This document shows, piece by piece, positions 27,133-39,844 of a stretch of DNA of 64,000 nucleotides. The position numbers and the translations under genes were made by a program. The first letter of the stretch is position 1; each line of letters begins with the position of its first letter. The notes under the pieces were generated by a model. It ran no database searches. It was not told the DNA's origin and was given only the letters and a program-made list of their open reading frames with translations. Source of the stretch: Fonticula alba ATCC 38817 (taxonomy: Eukaryota > Protista > Nucleariida); the NCBI GenBank assembly GCA_000388065.2, contig KB932203.1. One strand, 5' to 3'.

Positions 27133-27646
27133 CCTCGCGGGCGGGCGAGCAGACCGGGGCCGGCCGTCTGGTCAGAGGCAATCAGCGCAAGGGCGGGGGG
27201 CGGGGGGCGGGGGGAGGCGGCCTGCGGCGGTTCTGCGACGGAGGGCGTGGCGGGGTGCATGTCGCCCGTGTGAGGGACGGCGAATCAACGAGCCCCGCCT
27301 TCACGCTCATACATCACATGTGCGCGAGTTTGCGCGCGTCAGCGCCCACCCCACGCCCATGTCGAGGAATTCACCTTTGCTAGTCCATTGGCAGATGCGG
27401 CCGGCCGTGTGAATGTCTGCCAGGGCGCGCGCGCGCGCGTGTCGCACCCCTGTGCATTCACCTCGGCTAAGTGGATCTCTTGCCCTCGCTCTTTCGCCCC
27501 CCTCGAGGGGGGGGGGGGGGGGTCATACAGGCCGGGCGGCCAAGCGGGCCGGCCGTCTGGCCGACATGGGGGACAAATGCGACATATTTCGCACGAAGAC
27601 GCCCGAGCACCGGCGCCAGTGACGTCGCTGCGGCCCCGCCTGGGGC

Positions 27647-27647
<1 letters not shown>

Positions 27648-27693
<46 letters not shown>
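27648..27693. repeat. (GT)n microsatellite; representative of many (GT)n, (CT)n and poly-G/C tracts in introns and intergenic DNA
   Basis: Direct reading; similar tracts at 6945-6970, 29405-29465, 39790-39840, 52220-52248, 53668-53692 and 62573-62600. Confidence 0.95.
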
Positions 27694-27695
<2 letters not shown>

Positions 27696-28018
27696 CCCAG
27701 ATGATCGGTCCGAGATCGCTGGGCCCCCATTGGCCGCTGCATTCCCCCTTCACCCGAGAGGACACAGGACGATGTCCCGGATACTGTGAGAAGCCAGGCG
27801 AGGCGGCCGGGAGGATGAGCCCCATTCTTCAGGCTGTCCTGGGCTCTTTGAGAACGGGGGTCGCCACACATCCCACGTCGTTCTCCTCCCCTCCCCCTCC
27901 ACCCTTGCGCGCCTTTCCTGTCGGTCTTTTGTGCCCCCTCCCCATCCCTTTCGTTCGAAGCACTGCCGGGCCCTCCCCTGGCCGCTGTTCTTTCCGCATC
28001 CTCGGATCCGCCCTGACG

Positions 28019-31000
28019 ATGGATGACTCCAACCACGAGGAGGTCCGCCCCCCCCNNNNNNNNNNCCCCCCCCTGGCAGCCCGGGCCCTCTTTGCCCATT
28101 TGGGTCCGGTTCATCGACTGACCTCGCCATCATGTCCAGTTCCTCGTCTTCCGGGCGAACTCCTCGGTGGACCATCTCCTTCCGGAACGGCCGGACCTCG
28201 GTCTGTCGGCCCAGCTGCTGCCGGACACGACGCAGCATACGGCCATCTCCAACCACTATGGCATCATCTTCTGTGGTCGTGGCAACCGTGCGTCCTTCCG
28301 GCTGTTATGGCCGGTCCTTCGCGCCGGCCCTCCTGTCGCCGGGCTGCTGGCTGCCTGTGTGCCCGCCTCGTGCCCTGACTCTCCGCTCCTCTGTCTCCCT
28401 CACGCGCAGGTCTGTTTGCTCTGTCAACGTCGCGCATCCAGCCTGGGATCTCGGGGAACCGCGTGGACGATGCGCTGGTCGTGGACTTTGACAGCCCCAT
28501 CGTCGCGGTGAAGGTGGCCGAGAATGACACCTTCCTCCTTGTGGCCGCTGGCCAAAAGCTCCGCGCCTTTGTCTTCGGCCTGACCGCCGAGTCACAGGTG
28601 CACCCTCGATGCCCCCTCCGCCAATATCCCGGCCTCTGGGCGGGAATGCCCTCCCCCCCCCCCCTGCCCCCGCTCTGCCAAGCCTCCGCCCCCTTCCCGC
28701 GCACTTGCATTCTCCTGGCCCTGACATGTACCGCTGCTCCCCAGACCCTTCAACTGCTGGAGGTCCTCTGTGCCGATCTACCCAGCATCCCGGAGAAGGT
28801 GGCCTGTTCGGCAACCTCGCTTCAAGTGCTGGCTCTCTTTCAAGATCAAACCTGCCACCTCTACTCGCTGCCTGTGGTGGGCGGCCTGCCGGACCTGGCC
28901 AAATATACGCTGCCCATGCGTCCGGAGCCGGAGATCGTCTTCGAGCGCGTGCACGCCGGTACGATGCCCAGCCGTGACCCGGTTGCACGATGCCCCCGCC
29001 GCCTTCCCTCTCCCGTATTCTGACGGACAATCCGTGCCTCCTCCCTGGCTGTAGCTGCTGTCACCGACGAAGGCCTGATCCTTCTCGGGCGAGCAAATGG
29101 AGTGGTGTCAGTCTACTCGTATGAGCCGCCAGACAAGGCGTGTTCCAGTGTGCCGGCCTTTTTCCCGTCGGAGTTCTGCTTTACCCCTTCCAAGCAGCCA
29201 GCCCAGCGGTCTCCGGCCCTTAGCTCTCCCTCCATCGAGGCGACCGGCACCAGTCGCGCCGTGCGGTCCGGCCTGCGTCTGGTGGTACCGCCGGGCAGTG
29301 CCACGCTCATCCGGGACGTCAAGCTGGCCCCCTCAACCCAAGCAAGTGCGCTTCTGCCCATGCTTCTCCCCCTCTGCCATGAGATCGATCTTGCTGTGTC
29401 TGCTCCCTCTCTTGCTCTCTCTCTCTCTCTCTCTCCCTCTCCCTCCCTCTCTCTCTCTCTCTCTCTTCAGGCTGTTAACCACACTCCCTTGCCAGTTATC
29501 CACCTTTCTGCCTCCCCAAGCTTTGCCATCATGGCCGCCTACCTAGACAAGGAGCAGGACGCCTTTAACCTGGTGGTCTGGGATGCCCGGCGGGTGCGTC
29601 CACAGGCCGGCTCTTTGCGCCTGCTTTTGTGTTTGGCCGGTTTCCCCAGCCATTGCTGATGCTCCTTCCTTTGCCTTTGATCCCCACTCCCCCCTTCTCC
29701 TGTTGGTGCAATTCCCAGGGCCTCGATCGCAGCCAGCACTTTCTCCTTCCCTTCCCTGCTGGGGGAAGTCGCGAGCGTAAGCTCGACTTCTGTTCACTCT
29801 ACCTTTCTCATCAGTGCGTCCCTGTGGCCGCCTCCCCTCACACCAGTGGCATTTGAATTGATCTCGACGACTCATGTCTGTTTGTCCTCCCCACTCCCCC
29901 ACCCCCGTCCGCCTGGCAGTCCCAACCAGTGGTCACATCTTTTCCTGGTCAGCAGTTCCTGGTGTGACGGCTGGGCTGCCATCTCCTGCGACCTGGATGA
30001 CAGCCGCCAGGGCATGCCTCCGCGTGATGATCATGTTTACTCGCATCGCAGCCTCTCGCAAATCATCCGCAATGGCGTGGCCGACAAGGACGAAACGACC
30101 TTCTGGTTCCGCTGGCCGGTCCTCGGAGCCACCCTTTCGTCGGAAGACCATCCGAACCTGGCTGGAGCCTTGCGCATCGACGACATGACAGCGGTTCTCT
30201 GCCCGGTCGGGCCGCTGCCGTGCGTGTCAATGGCGGACCGGGCCTCGCGCGTGTCCTTCCCTCCCCTCTGTCTCGCCTTGTTGCTCTTCTTTCTCCCCTT
30301 ACTGCAACGCGCCCGAAGGACATGCGGCTAACCTGGGCAACCCGCGCCGCCATGGTCAGCCCACCGGGCCGTGGCTCGCGCGACAAGGTCCCCGTCAATC
30401 GGTTGCGCATCATGGTGTCCGTAACTTCGGCACTGGATCCCGAGCCCGGCTGCCTGCGGCTGCCCAATGGTTTGGTCTTGTTTGATGTTTCACAAATCCT
30501 GGCCGATCCAGCCACTGCGGTCCACTTGGACCCCCAACTCTATCCACGTGAGGTGCCGATCGGCACTGCCTCCTTCTATCACCGGGTGGTGTCGCACCTG
30601 CTGCCGGCGCCGCGCTTTCCACACATGAGTGAAATGCGCTTCGGCCTGTCGCGCGATGACCTGGACATCGGCCCGGTCGAGGGGGATCTCCTGCAGGTGG
30701 TATATGGTGCGCAATGTCCCCCCTCTTGCCTCGCTGCTCTTCGGTCGGCCTCTGTCCTGCTCCCTCCCTGCCCCGATGTCTGGCGAAATGCCACGCTCTT
30801 GATACTCACCCATGTCCTAGTCCCCAAAAGCATGTATGACCTGCCGAGCCCGACGGACCCGGCCGCGGCCGGCCCCTCCGAGGCCAACACCGAGGCACCG
30901 GCCCAGGCCGAAGCGCCCAACTCGCCGCTCGATAGCCCGGATTCCGGCTTGTCCTCCTCCTCTTCCTCGGCATCCATCTTCCTGGAATCTGTGGCCCAGC

Positions 31001-34000
31001 GTGTGTCGGACCTAAGTCGGTCGTCCTCCTGCGAGTCTGTCAGCGCCATGGGCACCCCCCGGAGCGGGACATCCCTCTCGCCCTCCACGTCGATCTCCTC
31101 GCTGGCAGCGGTCTTCCAGCGCTCGGCCGAGTCGGAGGTCGGCAGTGCACCGGAAACCCCAACCGGCTCCGGGACCACCCTTCTCCGACGGTCGTCCAGC
31201 AGTGCTCGCCGCGCGGCTCCGGGCAGCCTCGTGTCGAAGATGATCAATCGCTTTGGCGGGACCCCCGACACCGAGCCGGCCAGCGCTCCGACCGCCAGTG
31301 GCCTGGGCATCGGCATTGGGCGATCAGCCGGCAATCAACTGGCCGGACTGGCCAGCCCCGAGGCCGGGCCAGATGACCGGCGTGTGGTTTCCGCGGTGCT
31401 GGCTTCCCTGGCCGAGGTGGTCTTGGCCGCGCCCGGGTCGCCCTCGCCCCATGGACACCGGGCCACAGGCAGCATGGGCCGTCTGGACGAGGACTCCACC
31501 CCCCTGGCCAGCAGCTCAGCCGAGTCGGCTGCGGCCACTTCCCCCCTGGCCACACCGGTTCCCGAGGAGTCTCTCATGCTTTCGGGATGTCCCTCTTCCG
31601 ATGGGGAAGCCCTCTCGCTTTCTCACGACCCGTCTCGTGCCAGGGACCCGGCTGCTGGGCCGGATCCTCCCGAATGGCTGCCGTCCGTCAATGAGTCTCT
31701 TCTCAATGACGTGCTTCCAGGTGACTCGTCGATGCAGGAGCTGCCTCCTGGCGCGGGGGCCCTTGTTCTAGCCGGCAGCGAGGCCGAAGCCACCGCCGTG
31801 CATGAGCCTGCACCGGCGTCCGTGTCTGACGCACCATCCATCAGCCAGCATGTACTTGCCCAGGGGGCGAGCGCTGTCACGGACACGTCTGTCCCGAGGA
31901 GTCTGCTCGGTGCCGGCGACACGGCTGGCACCGGCCGGTCTGCGTCCCCCGGTCAGCCGCTCAATGCCGGCCGGGCGGCCTTCACGGCCCAAGATGTGTC
32001 CCCCATTCAAGAGGCGATTCAGCCTTCCTGCGACTTTGGGTCCCTTGATGGGGGCCCGTCTGCTGGCTACCAGCTGGCCGATGGAGGTGGTCCGCACGAT
32101 CGTCATCTCCTCCCGGGCTCGGAGAAGGAGCTCTTGACTGAGAGCACATGTGTGGACACGACCCCAAGTGTGCTGGCAGCCGCACTGCCCAGCCAAGAGG
32201 CACCCTGTACGGCCGAGGCACCTGACATGGCCATGGGCCAGCCTGCCGAATGTGACGGTGTCTCCATCAGCACTGAGGTGCATCCGCACGAGCGAGCCGC
32301 CGCCCCGAGTGAGCTCACTTTGGACGGAGGGCCGAACATGCATGGTGATGACGCAGCCGCTGGCGGGCTGGCATCGGGTGGCACTCTATCCCCGAGCGTC
32401 GGTGCTATCTCTGCCAGTGCCGGCGAGCTTCTCGCCAGTGACGACGAGGCGACCGCCGATATGCCAGTTGAGACGAATAACTCCGGCACCCTGTCCGCCG
32501 GGGAACCGATCCATGCGGAGGGTGAGCCGGATAGCACCAGTCTTGTGCCGATGGCCTCGCTGGATGTTCTCCCTCTTGATATCCCTCCTCCAGATGTTTC
32601 CCCTCCTGTTGCTCGCTCTTCCAGTGCCTGCTCTCCTGTTGCTTCCCCTGCCGGCGCTTCCCCTACCGGCGTTTCCCCTACCGGGGCCTCCTTCACCGAT
32701 GTTGCCATCACCGAAGGCACGGAGCTCCTGCCTGGGCTTGACGCATCCTGCGACGAGGCACTGTCTTCCTCCAGGGGCGCTCATGCGGTTGAGAGCGGTC
32801 TTGCTACCGACATGCCACCTTCGCACGGCGGCGATGATGTTGCCACTCCAATGGGCGAGCCGGTGGCTACTCTGGTAGTTTCAAGCGACGGAATTTCTCG
32901 CCGCGACAACATCGAGCATCCTTCGGCGGATGACAGCAGCTCGGGTCCGGCCGGGGACTTGGCGGTCCTTCCGACCGACACCATGATGGCCACCAGCACA
33001 GCACCATCTCCTGCTCGCTCTGTGGCCCCTGCTCAGTTGCTCTCGGCCATTGACAGCGGCTCACCGACCATCTCCGACCTATCTGGCGCCGATTATCCGA
33101 TGGCCGAGGGTGCTGCTCTCCAGATAGACGATGTTGCAAGTAGCCCTGGGTCCGTCTTCACGGATGGTGCCAGCTCCCCAGGCGAAGCCTCCCCTGGTGA
33201 TGAGCTGTCCCCTGCGCATGGACCGTCCAGTGGCCGGGAGGAAGTTGCCCCACTTGGCGGCCCGTCCTCGTCGAATGAGCTGTTCTCCGGCCATGAGGCG
33301 GTCCCCACTGGCGCTTCGCTCGAGGCCACCGAATCGGCCCCGGCTGCCACCTCCCCCCATGGCGATGCATCACCCCTCGTCGATGCACCCGTTGCCGAGG
33401 AAAGTGCCCTTCGTGATGAGGGGTGCACATCTTCCATGGACCAGCCCGCCCTCGACAGCACCGACGTCCCTGTGGTGGCTGTTGGCCATGTTGCTGGGAA
33501 TGATGCTGCTGCCGCGCAGGTGGCCGATGTGCCCGGGCCTGCCGCCGATTTGGCATCTGTCAACAGGATGACCCCTGATTCCGTCGGGTGTGCCTCCGCC
33601 ACCGGCAAGGCCCCCCCGACCGGGGCCGAGTGCCTGGAGCGTTGCGACCTGTCCGATCAGGAGACTGGCTCCGGGCCGGCGGCTGTTTCCGAGCCGAGTC
33701 CCGCTCGTCTCCCAGATGCCACCTTGAGTCGAGACCTCGGTTTCGACCGGGACCCCCCTTCTTACGAGGTGTCTTCCATCGAGAGCGGGGCCGCCGTTGG
33801 CGATGGGGCGTCCTCCGAAGACGAAGGAGCAGACATCGGAGCTGACGACGGCGAGGTGCCTGTGCTTGCCGCTGTCACGGACGTTGGCGGCGCCGAGGCG
33901 CCTGTTTCTTGGGAACCTGTCGCTTCTGGCGTCGGAAATTCCGAGAGCCGGCCTTCGCTCGACGATGCCCCCTTCTCGGGCGATACTTCCCCCGCCACAG

Positions 34001-37000
34001 GAGCATCTCCATCTGTTTGCCAGCCCGCCTGTGAGTCCGCAACCGCACGTGAGCTCCCCGGCGCCTGTACATCCGACCCGAATGGTTCCTGGCGCCTCGA
34101 CAGTCGGGAGCACTCTCCACCTCCGGTGCTTGGATGTGTTGAGGCTTTCTCTGGCGATGGACCTCCGTCTGCTATTCTCGGGGCTCACCTGGCCGAGGAG
34201 ACCGCTGGCTATACTGAACTGGCCTCGGCCGAGGATCGCACTCATGATGTGGTGGCAGCTGCGCAGACCGTCGCTGCCACCCTCACCCCTGAGCCAAGCC
34301 TCACGGGCCTTGGTCATTCAGCCGGGCCCATCACCGGTGAGGCAGCACCTGATGTGGAGGCGGCTTCCATGGTGGCCGAGATTGCGGCCACAGATGTCTC
34401 CGGCAATTTGAGCTCTTCGCCTGAGCACATCCCCATCGATGCTGACCAGCCGGCTGACGAGGTGTCTTCTCCCATTGAAGCCGATACCGCCGGACATATG
34501 GCCTCCGATGGTGGTGAATTCGCCCTCAACCATGTCGGCCATCTGGGTGACGTGTCTGAGGCCACCAGTGAGTCGGCCCTCGCGACGGCCGAATCGGACC
34601 CAGGCGTGCTTGGTCTTTTGGATGGGGCCAGCCCCTCGGCCGATGCGCCGGTCGAGGTTACACCCTTGGCTGGGGGGCCGCTTGCAGTCCATGGGATGGC
34701 TGTCGGCAATGCAGGCGGTGCCATCAGTGAATGCCTGTCCGAGGCCGATGGCGATCATGCTCGGGCCGAGGGTCCGACAGACACTCACATCGCTGGGCAT
34801 GGCGCTGCGGATCCCCATGCAGATGAGCTTGCTGACGCAGCGTCCGGCTTTGTCGCGGACACACCGGGCAATGGCGAAGTGTGTGCCGCCCGCATGGCGC
34901 ATTTGCCAGGCGAAAGTGCCCCGCCAGACACGGCCGCTGTGTTGGATTGTGTCGACCCGATGTCCGAGGCCCTCCCCGAGGCCGATGCTGCCACGCCGTA
35001 CGGAGCGCCCACTTCCATCGGGTCGTCCCCCGATCAAGGCACACATTCGGCCGGGCTTCCCAGCCTCGAGAATGGTGCCTGTGTCGACGCCACGATGGTC
35101 TCCACCGGCGAGGTGCCACCCGGCCACAGGGGTGTCCCCTTCGATGGGACTGCTCTGGATCTTGCGCAGACCACGGCCACCGAGTCGACCTCGACCGACT
35201 TCGCCTCCTCGGCAACCGGCACAGCCTCCGAGGGCCATGGGCTTTCCCCGTGCGCTGTGGGAACCGCCGATGGAGTTGCCCTGGGAGGCGGTGCGATTGC
35301 CGGGGTTGAGGCCATTCCCGAGGCAGAGCCATCCCCTGCCCTGCCGGTGGCGCTAGCTGATCCCGGAGTTCCAGGCACTGAGCTAATCGCAGAGGCCACC
35401 CCCATTCCCGAAGGCCATATCATCCCCGGCCCCAGTGGGATCCCCGAGGGTGATGTGCTTGCCGAGAGCGACCCATCTTCGGACGACGAGGCGTCTTCTC
35501 GTTCTTCTTCTTTCTCCTCTTCTCCTTCTTATCCATCTTCGGTCGAAACCCAGTCTCTGGGTGAGGAGACTCTGGCTGAGGCCGCGATTCCCGGAAGCCA
35601 TGACGATGCACCGGCCACTCGCACGGATGTCGCTGATGGCTCCATTGCTGCGAGGGAGCCGGACCCCGACAATCAGCCAGCATCCCTCGACCCCAAGGAC
35701 CGGGTACTCGATGTTCAGAGCGGTGATTGCACACCAGGTGACAATCCCACGAAGGAACTTGAGCCCAGCTGCACCAGCGAGGCCGCTCGTCCAGGCGACT
35801 GTGATGGCGGAAACCCGGCGGCTGGGCCGACCGAGCCTGCTTCCCGGGCTGCTGCCCGATCCCTGGTGGCCAGTGTGGTTCCTGCCGAGCTGATGGCCGT
35901 CGTGGGTGGGGGATTCGTGTCGAGCAAGGTGAGCCTGGAATCTATGGACCCCTTGCCCTGTGTCACTCCTGTCAGTGGCAATAGCCCCACGAAGGAGACA
36001 CATTGCCCAGGCAGTCAGCCCGGGGGACATGCATCACAGGCGGCGCCTGCCCTGCAAGACCCAGAAGCAAATGCCCCCTCAACTGGGACCAGTTCCGCTG
36101 ATGCGGAGGCCAGCCTCGTCGGCCAGGCGTGTGTCACCCTGGATGTGCCCTCCTCCGATGGGACGACCAACACCGATGGCCTGCCAGCCACCGAGGCGCC
36201 TGTCTCTGCGTCGGATATGCCCAGCGATGGTGTTGGGGATGTCCCTCTTTCTGGCAGTGGCCCTGCTCCTGTCGACCGCGAGACGCTTGGGGATGTCCCA
36301 TGCCACGGGGCTGGTGGCTCGATGCCCGGCGAGAGGGCCATCGCCGGGGAGGTGGCCTGCACCATCAGCCAGACTCCGGCGGCTGGCCGTCCATCGGATC
36401 GGCCTGCCGACATGCCAGCCGATGCTGCCTGCCCACCGCCGGTGGATGAGGACGTCTCTTCGCCGGGTGCGCGGTCCACGGGGCGTCTGATCACCGTGCC
36501 CAGCGGCGACACCTCGCCGGGAATGGCTGAGCCGGCCCAGGCTTCCGCTCTGACCATGGCATCCGTCGAGGATGTGTCCTCCGAGCAGTGTGTCATCGAC
36601 GTGCCATTCCCCGACCCAAGCACCACTGCCGGTGGGGACGTCCCTCCTCCTGGGTCTTTTGCCTCCTCCGGGCATTCTCCTCGCGATGTGTCTTCCTCGG
36701 ATGGTCAACTTGGTGGCGCTCTTCTGGCCGGCATTGTTCCCTCTTGCGCGGCCGCATCGCCGCCCGAGGTCATGATCGCCGCCGGCCCCGCCGCCGTCGC
36801 CTGTCTGTTGCCCCAGGCGTCTGACTCCGAGGACCCCTTGGCCGAAGCTCCACCTTCAATTGGGCCTTCTCTTGACGGGGACACTATCCAGGATGGCCTG
36901 TCTGCTGAGGCTAGCCCTGCCGCAGCCGGTTCGCCGGTTGTTGTCAGCGGTGCCGGTACCGGTGAGCCGGTTTCTCCTGCCCCCAGTCCGACACACCTTT

Positions 37001-39795
37001 CCGGTGACATGCCCTCTCCCCACCCTCCGACCAGCGAATTGGCCACCCATCTGGATGCCGTCCGTGTGACAGACCGCCCAAGCCGGGAAGCCCCTGCTTG
37101 TGGCGCTATCACGGGAGATGACAAGAAGCCGGGGGATCGGTCTGATGCCGAGGACATTAGCCACATGGAGGGCCAGTGTGCGAGGAGCAGCGAGCCGACA
37201 GGTGCCATTTCCGGGCGCGCCGCTCTTCCCATGGCCGATGGCGGGCCCGAGCTCCTAGCCCACGGAGTTGAGGCTGTGACTGGGTGCGCCATCGGGCTGC
37301 CCTCAATCGCTGAGAGCTCACTTCGAGCGGATTCGGCGTCTGGGGGAAGCCCACCCCTCTCCAGTGGGCGGGACCTGCCTGCCTGTGATGCCGGATCTGC
37401 CGCCCCGTCGGTCTCTGAGAAGTCCCCTCTCCGTGAGGGGCTGTCCACCATTGAGCGGAGCAACTCCCAGGGCAGCTTCGATGCTCCCGAGGGCGTTGCC
37501 GTTGGTAAGTCACCTCTCCGCCGGGAGGAGTCGTCGCCCCGGCCGGGTCCCGTCGAGGGCCTTTGGTCGCCTTTGGCGGGTGGCCTCGATCCGGCCGATG
37601 TGTCGCTCTTCGACCGGGAACTCACCCTCGGCCAGTCCTCAGGGCACTCTGGCGGGGTGACCCCACCAGTGGGGCCCATTTCCTTGGAGGACCCCTCCTC
37701 AAGTGGGGAGTCCGTGTTGATGGGTGGTCCGACATCCAGCAAGGGGCATGTTACTGTGGTGGATGCCTTCCCCAGCCGAGATGCCATTCCCGACATGCGG
37801 CCACCCTCCCACGCATGGCATGGGCCTGTTGCTGAGGCGCCCGCCTCGATTGAGCATCTGCCGCCTGGCGAAGCCTCTTCCCCCGATGACACGACGCCCG
37901 ATGGGGCGGCCCTGGAGCCCGGTCTTCCGGGTATGTGGGGATCTGCCAGCGGGCCAAGGCAAAATGCCGTGGCCGAGCCCGACCGGGGGCTCAGTTCCCC
38001 GGAGGCAGGGTCTTCCCCAGACGACTTGGCGGTCAGCCCGCGGTCGGGACTGCTCGAGGAGTCGGCCCCAACCGGCAGCTCGGAATCCATCGAGGGGGAG
38101 CCGCTTTCTTCCGAGGCGACCTCCCTGTCTGGAGGGCCGTGTGTGGCTGCCCGGTCGTCTGCCGACTGCCTGACCGGCGATGAGCCTGTCATGAGCAAGG
38201 TCCTTTCAACTGCCTGCCCTGTGGCTCCTGGCGGAGGGTCACCCCCTACCGAGGAGGCTCCCCTTGAAGGACATGTCCCCGTTGGTGAGCAGCCAGGCCT
38301 TGTGGATCAGACCGTGCCCAATTCCGCGACAAATCCCATCGTCGGGATCTCGGCGTCTGGGGGGCCCCCTTCCGTTGCACAAGCCTTCCCCGAGCATGAG
38401 CCCACCCCATGTGCCTCTATGGCTGGATTTCCGGTCTCCACCGACACAGGCCCCCCCTCCAGCATGTCGCACTCCATCGAGGGACTAATGGGCGCTCAGG
38501 CACCAGCTCGCCAGGAGGCCGACCCCCTGGCCGAAATGGCCTCCCCCGCTATGGAGCCAACCCGCCCCGGTCATTGGGATGCCGTTGAGGCAGCCTCCCC
38601 GGGGGGGAGCACCGCATCTGTCCAGGCGCCTGTCGGTCGCGCCGGGCTCGACACGGCCAAGGCCACTGACCTTGCCCACGTGTGCCATCCGCCCGGTGGG
38701 GATGTTTCCGGGCTCCCGGGACTCCCGAGTGCCGGGTTTGCGCCTCCCACCGAGCCGGAATCCGCCCTGGGCCCCCTCACCAATGATGGGAGCCTCGGTC
38801 CGATGCCTTCGGCGTGTGTCCCGAAAGCCCCGGTCGTCCCCGCAAGCTCTCTGGCCGGCCAGGGTAAAATGGACCTCCCGTCGGATGTCGGGCCCCTGGC
38901 GTATCCTTTGTGCCAGCCGGACACCGACCAGATTCGGGCTTCCTGTGCAGTGGGCCCCGGCTCGACTCGGCCGTCGCCGGGCTCCGGCGTGGTCCTGCCC
39001 TCGCTGGACTCGGAGCCCATCCCCTCGGCACACACATCCGAGGCGGAGCCCTCTCCGAGCAGCAGTCCGTTGCTCCAGTCCCCGGATGAGCAGCATCTCC
39101 TGGCATGGGAGACGTCACTCCTGTCCAAGGGGGGCCACGCCGCCCTTCCCCCCTCAGTGGACTTGTCCGCCCGGTGCGACCTTTTCCTGGCCCCTTTGCT
39201 CGGCTCTGCCGGTGAGAGCGACTTCTCCGCTGCCTTGGAAATGCTCGCCCAGCGGGTGGGCCAGCTCGAGCGGCATCTGTCCAATCCCCCGCCGACCGGC
39301 ATCGAGATGCCCCCTCTCGGGCAGCTGGCCGATGGGGTGAATGCCTGTGTCGGGCTTTGGCCTGGCTGCCTGCCGCCACATGGGGAAGATCTCCGCGGGC
39401 CGGAGGCCTTCCAGCAGGGTACCGTCTTTTCGCGCTTTCCCGGCGCCCATTTCACACCATGTCTTGGTGTTCCATTTTCCCTTTCGCCCGCTTCCTTTCT
39501 CTCCTCCTTCTTCCTCGAGCTCACATCGCACTTGGCCCCACTCCGGTCAGCGTTGCAACTGGCATGTGAGATCGACCGAGTCCGGGCGTCGAGCGGCCCG
39601 GTCGCATGGCAGTCTCCGGTCGCGACTCCTTGCGCTGGCCGGCCGGCCGCTTATTTGAACGACTTCGAGGATCGCATCGATCGCTTCCGAACCCAACTCC
39701 TGGGGGTGGCCGCCGGTTTGTCCGCATGCGAGTCATTGCTCGGGCCGGGATAGTGCGTTGCATCTTCCACCTCCATTCATCGCCCCGCACCTCTC

Positions 39796-39844
<49 letters not shown>

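Noticed and set aside
30579-38198. Long antisense and alternative-frame ORFs overlapping the giant exon (for example 36705-38198 minus, 497 aa)
   Set aside because: These are shadow ORFs expected in GC-rich coding DNA; they carry no recognisable motifs, and many start at GTG/TTG.
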